From Allobaculum fili (GTDB lineage Bacteria; Bacillota_I; Bacilli_A; Erysipelotrichales; Erysipelotrichaceae): DNA of 32,000 bases. Below are positions 18,102 to 26,635 of this stretch, one piece after another. Below the pieces are notes generated by a model. It searched no databases. It was not told the DNA's origin and saw only the letters and a list, made by a program, of their open reading frames with translations. Position numbers and translations under genes: made by a program. The stretch lies in contig NZ_JAHDSX010000006.1 in assembly GCF_020969955.1 (NCBI RefSeq), forward strand, positions 54,731 through 86,730. The letters are read 5' to 3'. Position 1 is the stretch's first letter. Each line of letters opens with the position of its first letter.

Positions 18102-18320
18102 ATGAAAAAGGGAATCCATCCTAATTACCATACCGTAACTGTTGTATGCTCTTCCTGCGGTAACACATTCGAAAGCGGCTCCACCATCAAAGGTGACACC
18201 CTTCGCGTAGATACCTGCAGCAACTGCCATCCGTTCTACACAGGCCGTCAGCGTTTCGCGGCTGCCCAGGGACGTATTGAAAAGTTCAACAGAAAATACG
18301 GACGCAACGACAAGAAATAA
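18102..18320 (+). CDS. rpmE: 50S ribosomal protein L31 (Zn-ribbon, type A)
   Basis: [10 protein letters not shown]...CSSCGNTF...[10 protein letters not shown], with both CxxC pairs present. GGAGG lies 8 nt before ATG 18102, and the ATG at 18096 is too close to the SD. Confidence 0.95.
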   Translation: MKKGIHPNYHTVTVVCSSCGNTFESGSTIKGDTLRVDTCSNCHPFYTGRQRFAAAQGRIEKFNRKYGRNDKK

Positions 18321-18352
18321 GCTTAACGCTGTTTCAGGATCATTTTGCACAC

Positions 18353-18380
18353 AAGGCGCTCATAACGAGCGCTTTTTTAT
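18353..18380 (+). terminator. Rho-independent terminator of rpmE
   Basis: Stem aaggcgctc/gagcgcttt has an ataac loop and a T6 tract. Confidence 0.8.
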
Positions 18381-18572
18381 TATGTGTCGATGAAGTTTAG
18401 CGCGGTTCTTTTTCCGTTTTTCTTTTGTCTGTGCTTTCTTTTGCCTGCGTTTTCTTTGGTCTTTGTTCTCGTCTTTATTCGGATGACTTTCTTTCGTATA
18501 TCCAGACAGCAGGAGATCCAGTCCTCGGACGGACCGTTCGACTGGCAGTACTGGAAAAGGCGGAAACAGAAT

Positions 18573-19841
18573 ATGGAAAATGACCCATTCAAAAATCAGA
18601 CGACGCATTCCGCTCAGCGGATTTCAAAGAAGGAAGAAAGTCCCAGACGGGAATGTCTGCGCTGCCACAACCGGGATCCGAAGCTTTTCTTTTTCCATGA
18701 CGGTTTCTGGTACTGCCGCAAATGTCTGGATTTTGGCGCGCTGAAAGCCGGACAGAAACCACAGGCGCCCAGTCTGTCCCATCGTGTGTGGAAAGGAAAG
18801 CCGGTTCTGGAATTTGAACTGACGCCGCTGCAGAAAGAAGCATCCGCCCGATCGCTTTCCATTTTGCAGAGCCATCGGGATCTGCTCGTGTACGCGGCAG
18901 CTGGATGCGGAAAAACGGAACTGACGCTTGAAAGCATCTGCGCGTATCTGGCCCAGGGCAAGAAAGTGTGCTTTGCGATTTCCCGCCGTCAGGTGGTGAT
19001 GGAAATCGCCGAACGGCTTCGCAAAAACTTTCCAGAGCTGCACATCGTTCAGATCTGCGAGGGCTTTACCGATGAAACGGACGGCGATCTGATCGTGTGC
19101 ACGACGCATCAGCTTTATCGTTTCCCCTACAGCTTCGATCTGCTCATTCTGGATGAACTCGACGCGTTTCCGTATGCAGGAAACGAAGTGCTGGAAGCGA
19201 TCGCCCTCCAAAGCTGTATCGGGCAGCGCATGCTGCTGTCAGCCACACCGGACGCGAAAAGTCTGGAAGCCATCGAACGGGGTGAGATGGAAATGGTCAA
19301 TCTCTTCTTGCGGCCCCATCGTCATCCGCTTTGCGTTCCTGTCGTGAAACGAGGATCGAAGCTGAAGCAGGTGCTGATTTTAATCGCGTACTGCCGCCGG
19401 TACATTCAAAACGGCAAGCAGGTTCTGCTTTTTGTCCCCCGTATTGCGGATACCCGCTGGATGAAGCCGGTCATCCGTCTGTTTTTTCCCTGCTCTGTTA
19501 TTCATTCCAAAACGAAAAACAAAGATGAAGTCATGGCTGAATTTCATGCCCGAAAGACGATGGTTCTCATATGTACAACTCTTCTCGAACGGGGAATCAC
19601 CGTTCCCTCCGTCCAGGTCGCGGTGTACCGGGCCGATCATCCGGTGTTCACCAGCGCCTCTCTGATTCAGATCTTCGGGCGCGCCGGGAGAAGCTTCAAA
19701 GATCCCTCCGGCGAAGGAATCGCCTTAATCGAATCGCCCTCCAGAGCGCTCGATGCCTGCATTCGCCAGCTGCGCTACATGAATTCTGTCTCTGGTGCGG
19801 ATCAGAATTTTCCGGCTGCGAAACGCTCCCGTTTCTTTTAA
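18573..19841 (+). CDS. comFA: Competence helicase ComFA (DEAD/DEAH-box, N-terminal 4-Cys zinc finger)
   Basis: The motifs CLRCHN...YCRKC, Walker A AAAGCGKT, DELD, SATP and motif VI QIFGRAGR are present. The start is set at ATG 18573 (MENDPF...) because the longer ORF from 18384 runs through the rpmE terminator and a T-rich tract. The start is uncertain. Confidence 0.85.
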   Translation: MENDPFKNQTTHSAQRISKKEESPRRECLRCHNRDPKLFFFHDGFWYCRKCLDFGALKAGQKPQAPSLSHRVWKGKPVLEFELTPLQKEASARSLSILQSHRDLLVYAAAGCGKTELTLESICAYLAQGKKVCFAISRRQVVMEIAERLRKNFPELHIVQICEGFTDETDGDLIVCTTHQLYRFPYSFDLLILDELDAFPYAGNEVLEAIALQSCIGQRMLLSATPDAKSLEAIERGEMEMVNLFLRPHRHPLCVPVVKRGSKLKQVLILIAYCRRYIQNGKQVLLFVPRIADTRWMKPVIRLFFPCSVIHSKTKNKDEVMAEFHARKTMVLICTTLLERGITVPSVQVAVYRADHPVFTSASLIQIFGRAGRSFKDPSGEGIALIESPSRALDACIRQLRYMNSVSGADQNFPAAKRSRFF

Positions 19842-20338
19842 GAGGACCGGATGCGCTCTGCCCGCAGTGCGCGGCTTTACGGGAAACGGCCAATATCGAT
19901 ATCCGTAAAAAAGGGCGCCGTCTGCGCATTTTGTACTATCGAAACAGCGAATGCGACCGCATTCTGCGAAGAATTTTGCAAAACGGCGATCTGGAAGCCG
20001 CCTCCGGTTTTCTCGATGGCCACGAAGACGAACTTTCTGCGCTTTGCCGGCGTCCGGTTCGCGTGGCTGAGGCAGAAGCGTGTTCCACGCAGGTTTTTGA
20101 AGCGTTTTTTGGACGGCGCGCGCTGTTGTGGCAGAACCGGCTGGCGCAAAAGCGCCGGTTAAAGACAGGCCGACGAAAGCGGCCTTCGACTTTCTATACA
20201 GCCTTAAGCTATACGGGACTTTCGTATGCGCAAATCGAGGAAATCCTCGAAGATAACGACTGCCGGGAAATCTGGATCCTGATGCAGAAGAAAGAAGATG
20301 CCGACCGAAAGCATCTGAAGCGCTGTCTTAAAAGGTGA
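19757..20338 (+). CDS. ComFC-like protein (double CxxC N-terminus), start codon unresolved, C-terminal PRTase motif not recognisable; possibly degenerate
   Basis: The ORF is in the -1 frame relative to comFA. CLWCGSEF...LCPQC (from 19787) resembles the ComFC zinc ribbon and LRILYYRN resembles the following conserved block. The only ATG/GTG/TTG in frame is at 19571, which has a 271-nt overlap and no SD. The listed start is a nominal CTG. I saw no DDxxTTG-type PRPP loop. Confidence 0.4.
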   Translation: MHSPAALHEFCLWCGSEFSGCETLPFLLRGPDALCPQCAALRETANIDIRKKGRRLRILYYRNSECDRILRRILQNGDLEAASGFLDGHEDELSALCRRPVRVAEAEACSTQVFEAFFGRRALLWQNRLAQKRRLKTGRRKRPSTFYTALSYTGLSYAQIEEILEDNDCREIWILMQKKEDADRKHLKRCLKR

Positions 20339-20444
20339 AGGGAAAAAGACAGGATGACAGATCGAGCAGCGGGATAAACGATCAATCGGAGCATCCGCTC
20401 AATAGCGCATCCGACAGGACTCAGAAGTGGCGATCGTACAGAAA

Positions 20445-20469
20445 AGCCGGACGCAGATCCGGCTTTTTT
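20445..20469 (+). terminator. Rho-independent terminator after the comF genes
   Basis: agccgga / tccggct has a 6-nt loop and is followed by T6. Confidence 0.8.
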
Positions 20470-20912
20470 GACGGGCAGGCGTAAACAAAATGCAAAAAGG
20501 AAATGATAATACGATCGTCTGTACTTCGTCTTTAATCGGTTTTTCATCCAAATCGGGCATCGTTTCTATCCGTTTTTCCGAGATTTATGCAGGGGGAAGG
20601 CAAATGTTAGCAGAACTTTTAGAGAAGCCGAAGAAAGAATCAGGCATTATAAAGAAAGCCTCTGCCGCCAAAATCCGGGTCGATATTCTAAAAGAAAGCG
20701 AATAACCCACAATGATTTTTCTTTAGGGTTGAACGGCAGGATAAAGGCGCAAATTCAGTACAATAAACTAAAAGGGGTACCTGTATACAGAGTCAGGAGA
20801 GCGCGAAAGCCTTTCCGTATTTCGAACACATCGATTTCATAGAAGATACAGAACAAAGGCGTGCAGACCGGCTGTCGGATCATGCACCCGGAATATAAAG
20901 GGGGGTTTTTCA

Positions 20913-22523
20913 ATGAGCGATCAGAACCGTGATGATAATTTTGATTCCCTGCTGGATTCATTGAGCGGAAACGAAGAAATTGAAAAAAAGATGGATGATT
21001 TTGCGCGGAACAAAGAACGGATTGAACGCATTCAGCGGGCAAGAGAAACATCGGAACAGTTCCAGCAGACGTATTCGTCGGCCGCACGCAATAAAGCGCG
21101 TTCGGAAAACGAAGCGGCGAAAAATGGAACGCCCCAGGTGATCTATACAGAAAAGCCTGGCAGTGCGCCAAACGGATCCGATTCGTTTTTTGCGTCCAAA
21201 GAAGAAACCGCCCCTTCGGCGGAAGACCAGTATGCCCAGAATGCGGGGATGACCCGCGAGTTTGGCGCGCCGCAGAGCGCTCCGGCTCAGCCGGGCGAGC
21301 AGACGCGCGTGTTTAACGGCGCTGCGCCGGCAGAAGAAGACGAAATCGGTCAGACCAAACCGGTAACGATGCACAGCGATGAAATCGCCGGTCTGCTGGA
21401 AAAAGATGAACCGCTCCTTCACCGGGAATACGTACGCGAGGACGAAGACGACGATTACGACGACTATGACGATTCGTACGACGACGAAGAGGACGATTAT
21501 GACGACTACGATGAAGAAGACCGTCATGTAAGAGTCCGTCACCACGATTCCCGCGGCTCTTCGCGTCCGGCGCCTTCCCGCTCTTCGCATTCACGTAAAA
21601 AATCGAAAAACAATATGAGGACCGTCGGCATTATTGCTGGTATCGCGCTGGCGATCGCTGTGGTTTCGGTCGGCGGCTACATGGCGGTTCATTTCATGAA
21701 CTCCGGCGCGCAGACCCAGACCAGCAAAGGCTACAACGACCTCCTTAGCTGGGCAGAAAGCTTTAACGGCCTTACCGATGACAACAAGCAGCAGGTTCTG
21801 GATTTCCGTTCCGTGTATGACAAGCTTTCCGAAGATGAAAAGCGAAAAATCAATGAACAGCTGCTGGCGAGAACGTCCAAGACGTTTGATGAACTGCTTG
21901 CTGAAGCCGGCGCTCAGCAGAAGCCTTCTTCTTCCAACTCCGATGTGAAAAACGCGGAACGAAAAGCGGAACTCCGCGATGAAATCGAGTCGCTCAGCGG
22001 CGACGTGGCGGTTCTGCAGGGCAAGCTGGACGGTATCAATAAGCGAAAGAACGATGCGGAAAACACGTACAACTCCAAAAAGAATGCGTACGATCAGGCA
22101 GTTCAGGCCACAAACACAGCCCAGAGCAAAGTCAATCAGATTCAGGACGATCTGAACAGCTATCCAAGCGCGGACAGTATTCGTGCTCAGATCAAGGATC
22201 TCCAGGATCAGATCAACGCCATTAATGCCGGCGACGGATCGGATACTGGCGGTTCAGGTGCGGACAAAGAGCAGCTGCAGTCGCAGATCAACAGCCTTCA
22301 GAAAGATCTCGACAGCGTCAATTCGCTCAACAGCCAGCTTTCTTCCGCGACCAATACGCTGATCGATGCCCAGCGCTCCGAATCGGATGCGAAGTCCGCA
22401 ATGGATTCGGCCTACAACGACTGGCAGGCGATTGTGGCAGAAGCCTCCCCGGTAGAAACCGAAATCAATAACAAGAACAACAAGATCAACGAGCTGCAGA
22501 GCGAATACGATTCCATTGATTAA
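20913..22523 (+). CDS. Bitopic membrane protein of unknown function: disordered acidic N-terminal region, one TM, long coiled-coil C-terminal region
   Basis: AAAGGGGGG lies 7 nt before the ATG. The single hydrophobic segment is VGIIAGIALAIAVVSVGGYMAV (aa ~237-261), preceded by a basic stretch. The C-terminal 250 aa are heptad-like and rich in Q, N, D, S and K. I recognise no catalytic motif. Confidence 0.8.
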   Translation: MSDQNRDDNFDSLLDSLSGNEEIEKKMDDFARNKERIERIQRARETSEQFQQTYSSAARNKARSENEAAKNGTPQVIYTEKPGSAPNGSDSFFASKEETAPSAEDQYAQNAGMTREFGAPQSAPAQPGEQTRVFNGAAPAEEDEIGQTKPVTMHSDEIAGLLEKDEPLLHREYVREDEDDDYDDYDDSYDDEEDDYDDYDEEDRHVRVRHHDSRGSSRPAPSRSSHSRKKSKNNMRTVGIIAGIALAIAVVSVGGYMAVHFMNSGAQTQTSKGYNDLLSWAESFNGLTDDNKQQVLDFRSVYDKLSEDEKRKINEQLLARTSKTFDELLAEAGAQQKPSSSNSDVKNAERKAELRDEIESLSGDVAVLQGKLDGINKRKNDAENTYNSKKNAYDQAVQATNTAQSKVNQIQDDLNSYPSADSIRAQIKDLQDQINAINAGDGSDTGGSGADKEQLQSQINSLQKDLDSVNSLNSQLSSATNTLIDAQRSESDAKSAMDSAYNDWQAIVAEASPVETEINNKNNKINELQSEYDSID

Positions 22524-22580
22524 TGCGATCGGTTCGGACGGAAAAAGAAAGTCCGTCGGATCGGCTCCAGAACCGTTTGA

Positions 22581-22624
22581 AAAGCCGGAAAAAGCGAAAT
22601 TGTCATCGCTTTTCCGGCTTTTTC
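22581..22624 (+). terminator. Rho-independent terminator
   Basis: A ~16-bp stem aaagccggaaaaagcga/tcgcttttccggcttt has one bulge and is followed by tttcc. Confidence 0.8.
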
Positions 22625-22747
22625 CATGCCGGCATGCCGCAGACATGGTCCTTTTGAAGACGCTTTGAGGAGAATCTGCTGTTTTATCAAAAGCCATTTT
22701 TGATTTTGTCTAAAAACCCTGAACAAAGAGGAGGAATGTCGGGGATG

Positions 22748-22756
22748 TGTTAGAAT
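22748..22756 (+). promoter_or_regulatory. Extended -10 promoter element upstream of glmU-prs
   Basis: TGTTAGAAT matches the TGn plus TAGAAT pattern, 19 nt before the ATG. No good -35 element is present. Confidence 0.4.
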
Positions 22757-22775
22757 ACCTGCGAAAGGTGGTCCC

Positions 22776-23786
22776 ATGACAAAACGGAATGCGATTATTC
22801 TGGCTGCCGGCAAAGGAACCCGGATGAAGTCGGAAAAAAACAAAGTAATGCATGATCTGATTGACCGACCGATTCTGGCTTATCCTCTTGGCGCGCTGAA
22901 AAAAGCAGGCGCAGAGAGGATTGTCATTGTTGCCGGCTATCAGGCACAGTCCTTAATGGACGCTTTCCCCGAAGAAGAGTTTGCGCTGCAGAAGGAGCAG
23001 CTCGGAACCGGACATGCGGTCATGCAGGTTTCGGCCCTCAAGGACGAAGACGGCTATACGCTCGTCATGAATGGAGATGTCCCCTGTCTCCAGCCGGAAA
23101 CCCTCGAAATGCTTTATGACCAAGCACAGGGAAAGGCTCTTGTTCTTCTGAGTGCCATACTGGAAGAGGGCGGAAATTACGGAAGAGTTGTCCGCGATGA
23201 AACCGGTGCGGTAAAAGAGATCGTCGAAGCTCGCGACTGCACTCCCGAGCAGAAAGAAATCCGAGAGATCAACGCGGGCGTTTACTGCTTTAACAACCGA
23301 GATCTTTTTGATGCGCTCAGCGAGCTGACAACCGATAATGCCCAGAATGAATACTATCTGACGGATCTGGTTCGAATTCTCAATGAAAAAGGCAAGCACG
23401 TGGATGCCATTGCCGCTTCGGATCCGGATGAGATGGCGGGCATTAATACCGTCAGCGAACTGTACGATGTATATCGCTGGATGAAAGACAGAATTAACCG
23501 CAGACATATGTTAGCCGGCGTGCAAATTGTAGATCCGCAGCGAACGGTTATCGGCCAGGATGTGAAAATCGGTCACGATACCGTGATTTATCCGGATACG
23601 GAAATCCTTGGCAAAACGGCGCTGGGCAATTATGTCGAAATTTTCCCCCAGACCTGGATTAAAGACAGTGTCATCGGTGATGGTGTCCGCCTGCAGATGT
23701 GCAAAGTCCAGAACGAAATGATTTCAAATGCCCTGGATGAGGAACCCGCAGGAAATGAGGAAGGAACAGGTACGCAAGCATGTTAA
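22776..23786 (+). CDS. glmU: GlmU-like N-acetylglucosamine-1-phosphate uridyltransferase, short form (336 aa) lacking the C-terminal acetyltransferase region
   Basis: LAAGKGTRMKS, LGTGHAV, NAGVY and EYYLTD are typical of the GlmU pyrophosphorylase domain. Only a few hexapeptide turns follow (VIGQDVKIGHDTVIYPDTEILGKTALGNYVEI) before the stop, and prs starts 7 nt before that stop. The glmU-prs synteny is conserved. Confidence 0.8.
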   Translation: MTKRNAIILAAGKGTRMKSEKNKVMHDLIDRPILAYPLGALKKAGAERIVIVAGYQAQSLMDAFPEEEFALQKEQLGTGHAVMQVSALKDEDGYTLVMNGDVPCLQPETLEMLYDQAQGKALVLLSAILEEGGNYGRVVRDETGAVKEIVEARDCTPEQKEIREINAGVYCFNNRDLFDALSELTTDNAQNEYYLTDLVRILNEKGKHVDAIAASDPDEMAGINTVSELYDVYRWMKDRINRRHMLAGVQIVDPQRTVIGQDVKIGHDTVIYPDTEILGKTALGNYVEIFPQTWIKDSVIGDGVRLQMCKVQNEMISNALDEEPAGNEEGTGTQAC

Positions 23787-24781
23787 ACAAAGATGAGCTT
23801 AAAAATTCAACCGTTGTATTCGCGCTGACCAGCAGCCGCGATCTGGCCAGAGAAATCTGTGAGATTCTTGAAATCCCCCTTGGAAAATGTGATGTTCATC
23901 ATTTTGCTGATGGAGAAATTCTTGTTGAACTCGGTGAGTCTGTACGTGGAAAAGACGTATTCTTTGTACAGAGTACCAATCGCCCGGTAAACGCCAATCT
24001 TATGGAGCTTCTGATCGGTATCGATGCCTGCAAGCGTGCTTCGGCTCGTTCCATCAACTGTGTTATTCCGTATTTTGGCTACGCCAGACAGGACCGCAAG
24101 GCGAAACCGCGTCAGCCGATTACAGCCAAACTGGTGGCTTCGCTTCTTGAACGCGCCGGTGCAAACCGCGTGATCACCATGGATCTCCATGCTGCCCAGA
24201 TTCAGGGCTATTTCGATATTCCGGCAGATGACATCAATACGCTGTCTCTGATCAGTGAATACCTCAAACACAAACCAGGTCTGAACATCGAAGATGTTGT
24301 CGTTGTTTCTCCTGACCACGGCGGAACCGTTCGTGCCCGTCGTCTGGCTGACCGCCTCGGCGCTCCGGTTGCCATCATTGACAAGCGTCGTCCAAAACCA
24401 AACGTTGCGGTTGCCATGAACCTGCTTGGTGAAGTTGACGGAAAAGTTGCAGTTGTCATCGATGATATGGTCGATACCGCCGGCACACTGACCAGCGGCA
24501 TCAACATGCTTTACGAAAAAGGCGCGAAAGAAGTTATCGCAGCCTGCGCACACGGCGTACTTTCCGGACCGGCGATTGAACGTCTGAAAAACTCCGGCCT
24601 GAGTGAATTCATCGTTACGAACACCATCGATCAGACTGAAAACGCAAAACTGTACGATGAAATGGTAGTTCTTTCCGTTGCTCCGCTTGCAGCTGCTGCC
24701 ATCGAAGCGGTTGAGCTCAACGAATCGCTGTCCTACGCGCTGCAGACAGCTCTCGTTCACGAAGACGACAACCGTCACTAA
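23780..24781 (+). CDS. prs: Ribose-phosphate pyrophosphokinase
   Basis: YFGYARQDRK, the DLHA motif and the PRPP loop VVIDDMVDTAGT are present. The product is 333 aa. Confidence 0.96.
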   Translation: MLNKDELKNSTVVFALTSSRDLAREICEILEIPLGKCDVHHFADGEILVELGESVRGKDVFFVQSTNRPVNANLMELLIGIDACKRASARSINCVIPYFGYARQDRKAKPRQPITAKLVASLLERAGANRVITMDLHAAQIQGYFDIPADDINTLSLISEYLKHKPGLNIEDVVVVSPDHGGTVRARRLADRLGAPVAIIDKRRPKPNVAVAMNLLGEVDGKVAVVIDDMVDTAGTLTSGINMLYEKGAKEVIAACAHGVLSGPAIERLKNSGLSEFIVTNTIDQTENAKLYDEMVVLSVAPLAAAAIEAVELNESLSYALQTALVHEDDNRH

Positions 24782-24859
24782 TTCCAAATCGAATTGGAAA
24801 CGCTCGTCTGGGATTTCTGGAACTCTCCAGTCTTCCGCGGGATATAAATCGACAAAAAG

Positions 24860-24884
24860 AAAACCGCCGTCAGGCGGTTTTTTG
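24860..24884. terminator. Bidirectional terminator between prs and the convergent tatD
   Basis: aaaaccgcc gtca ggcggtttttt, with A and T tracts on both sides. Confidence 0.8.
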
Positions 24885-24969
24885 TTTCCAGAATTTACGA
24901 TCGAATCCGCTGTCGGCTGCGGTCGGCTTCTGATGGTCGATTCGCGGGAATGCATTCTGTGGAATGCGT

Positions 24970-25740
24970 TTATTCGGATCCGTTTTGAAAAAGAGACAGG
25001 AAGTTGGCGCGGATCTGTCGGGCCAGATCATCGGAATCCATTTCTTTTAACTCAGCCATTTTTTCAAGCGTCGCTTTGACATAGGCAGGCTGATTTCGCT
25101 TGCCGCGATACGGAACCGGGGCGAGATACGGCGAATCGGTTTCGCTTAAAATTCTTTCGGGCGGACAGGCGATGACATTGGCAGGCCCCTGTTTATTGTT
25201 TTTAAAGGTGATGGGTCCCGCAAAGGAAATCATGGAATCCAGTTTGAGGGCTTCTCTCATGGTTTCCGTTGAACCGGAATAGCAGTGGAAGATGATCGGC
25301 GTACGGGCATGGGCTTTAAGAATATCCAGGGAATCCTTTGCGGCGTCCCGCATATGTATGGAAACCGGAAGCCCCGTTTCGGCCGCGATATCGAGCTGAG
25401 CTTTGAAGAGGGCCTTCTGTTCTTCTTTAAACGACATGTCCCAGTAATAGTCCAGGCCGATTTCGCCCAGAACATCCATATTGCCGCAGGCGGCTTCTTT
25501 TCTCAGCTCTTCGAGATCTTCTTCTGTGATCTCTCTGGCGTCTTCAGGGAAAAAGCCCCAGGCGACTTTCAGATTTTCGGGATACTGTTTTTTCAGCGCA
25601 AGCGCCCGGTCGTATTCCTTACGGTTCGTGCACATGATCATCATCAGATCTACGCCCTGTTCCAGGGCGCTTTCGATCAGCGGCACCGCGTTTTCGTACA
25701 GTTCGTCACACGTAAGATGGCAATGCGTATCGGTGATCAT
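24970..25740 (-). CDS. tatD: TatD-family metal-dependent hydrolase (YabD-like)
   Basis: MITDTHCHL..., ...GEIGLDYYW..., ...SIHMRDA..., ...FHCYSGS... and ...ETDSPYLAP are present. The product is 256 aa. Its ATG lies 1 nt after the galU stop. Confidence 0.92.
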   Translation of the reverse strand: MITDTHCHLTCDELYENAVPLIESALEQGVDLMMIMCTNRKEYDRALALKKQYPENLKVAWGFFPEDAREITEEDLEELRKEAACGNMDVLGEIGLDYYWDMSFKEEQKALFKAQLDIAAETGLPVSIHMRDAAKDSLDILKAHARTPIIFHCYSGSTETMREALKLDSMISFAGPITFKNNKQGPANVIACPPERILSETDSPYLAPVPYRGKRNQPAYVKATLEKMAELKEMDSDDLARQIRANFLSLFQNGSE

Positions 25741-25741
25741 G

Positions 25742-26635
25742 CTACTTGCTTACTTTCTTATAGCCGAGCGATTCAATGATGTCTTCCATGGCTTCGCGCG
25801 TATCGTCGCGGTTGAGTGCGAATTCGATCTGCGCCTGGAGGAAGCCTTTGCGATCGCCGACGTCATAGCGTCTGCCGTCGAACTGGCAGGCGTAGACGGT
25901 ATCTTCCTTGGCCAGACGGTCAATGGCATCGGTCAGCTGGATTTCGTTGCCTTTGCCGGCTGCCTGGGTTTCGAGCTTTTCGAAAATGTCCGGTCCAAGA
26001 ACGTAGCGGCCAAGAATGGCCATGTTGCTTGGCGCGTCTTCCTGCGCGGGCTTTTCAACGAACGTGGAAACGGTCATCAGGCCGTCTTCGATTTTTTCCA
26101 GCGGGTCGATAATGCCGTACTTGGAGACATTTTCTTCAGCGACTGGCTGAACGCCGACAACGCTGCATCCGGTCGTTTCATACACGTCCATGAGCTGGCG
26201 AATGGAGCCTGGTCCACCGGCATTGATGACGATGTCATCGCCGAGCAGAACGGCGAACGGTTCATTGCCGACAAAGCTCTTGGCACAGAGAATGGCGTGG
26301 CCAAGACCTTTTGGCGTTTTCTGACGAACCGATACGATGTTGACCATATCGGTAATTTTCTGGATCATTTCCAGATGTTCCAGATCGTTGCTGGCTTTGA
26401 GCTTTTCTTCCAGTTCAAAGGAGCGGTCAAAATGGTTTTCAATGCTCTGCTTGTAGGAATTGGTAATCAGGCAGATTTCTTCGATGCCGGAATTTACGGC
26501 CTCTTCAATAATGTACTGAATCGTGGGAATATCCACGATGGGAAGCATTTCCTTCGGGATGGCCTTGGTCGCCGGGAGAAAGCGCGTTCCAAAACCTGCT
26601 GCCGGAATGACCGCTTTGCGGACTTTATGTTTCAT
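25742..26635 (-). CDS. galU: UTP--glucose-1-phosphate uridylyltransferase
   Basis: VRKAVIPAAGFGTRFLPATKAIPKEMLPIVD and GLGHAIL are present. The product is 297 aa, with AAAGGAGA upstream. Confidence 0.95.
   Translation of the reverse strand: MKHKVRKAVIPAAGFGTRFLPATKAIPKEMLPIVDIPTIQYIIEEAVNSGIEEICLITNSYKQSIENHFDRSFELEEKLKASNDLEHLEMIQKITDMVNIVSVRQKTPKGLGHAILCAKSFVGNEPFAVLLGDDIVINAGGPGSIRQLMDVYETTGCSVVGVQPVAEENVSKYGIIDPLEKIEDGLMTVSTFVEKPAQEDAPSNMAILGRYVLGPDIFEKLETQAAGKGNEIQLTDAIDRLAKEDTVYACQFDGRRYDVGDRKGFLQAQIEFALNRDDTREAMEDIIESLGYKKVSK

Noticed and set aside
18384-18572. An N-terminal 63-aa hydrophobic extension of ComFA (MSMKFSAVLFPFFFCLCFLL...).
   Set aside because: The extension begins inside the rpmE terminator T-tract, and its apparent hydrophobicity is a by-product of a T-rich spacer. 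The ComFA zinc finger begins soon after Met at 18573.
19851-20162. Alternative ORFs (103 aa on the plus strand, 90 aa on the minus strand) overlapping the ComFC-like region.
   Set aside because: They are Arg/Cys/Ala-rich out-of-frame products with no SD and no motifs. The ComFC-like frame is the only one with recognisable similarity.
20490-20705. A 71-aa ORF, or its internal 33-aa Lys-rich version MLAELLEKPKKESGIIKKASAAKIRVDILKESE from 20604, in the 570-bp comF / membrane-protein gap.
   Set aside because: The long form starts right after a terminator without an SD. The short form has only a marginal G-rich SD placed too close to the ATG. No family is recognisable, so it cannot be supported from sequence alone, though a small protein is not excluded.
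20700-20912. A possible riboswitch such as c-di-GMP in the leader of the 536-aa protein gene (gagcgcgaaagcc...).
   Set aside because: It has only a superficial resemblance to the ACGCAAAGCC-type GEMM core. The flanking conserved helices and GNRA/receptor elements are not present.
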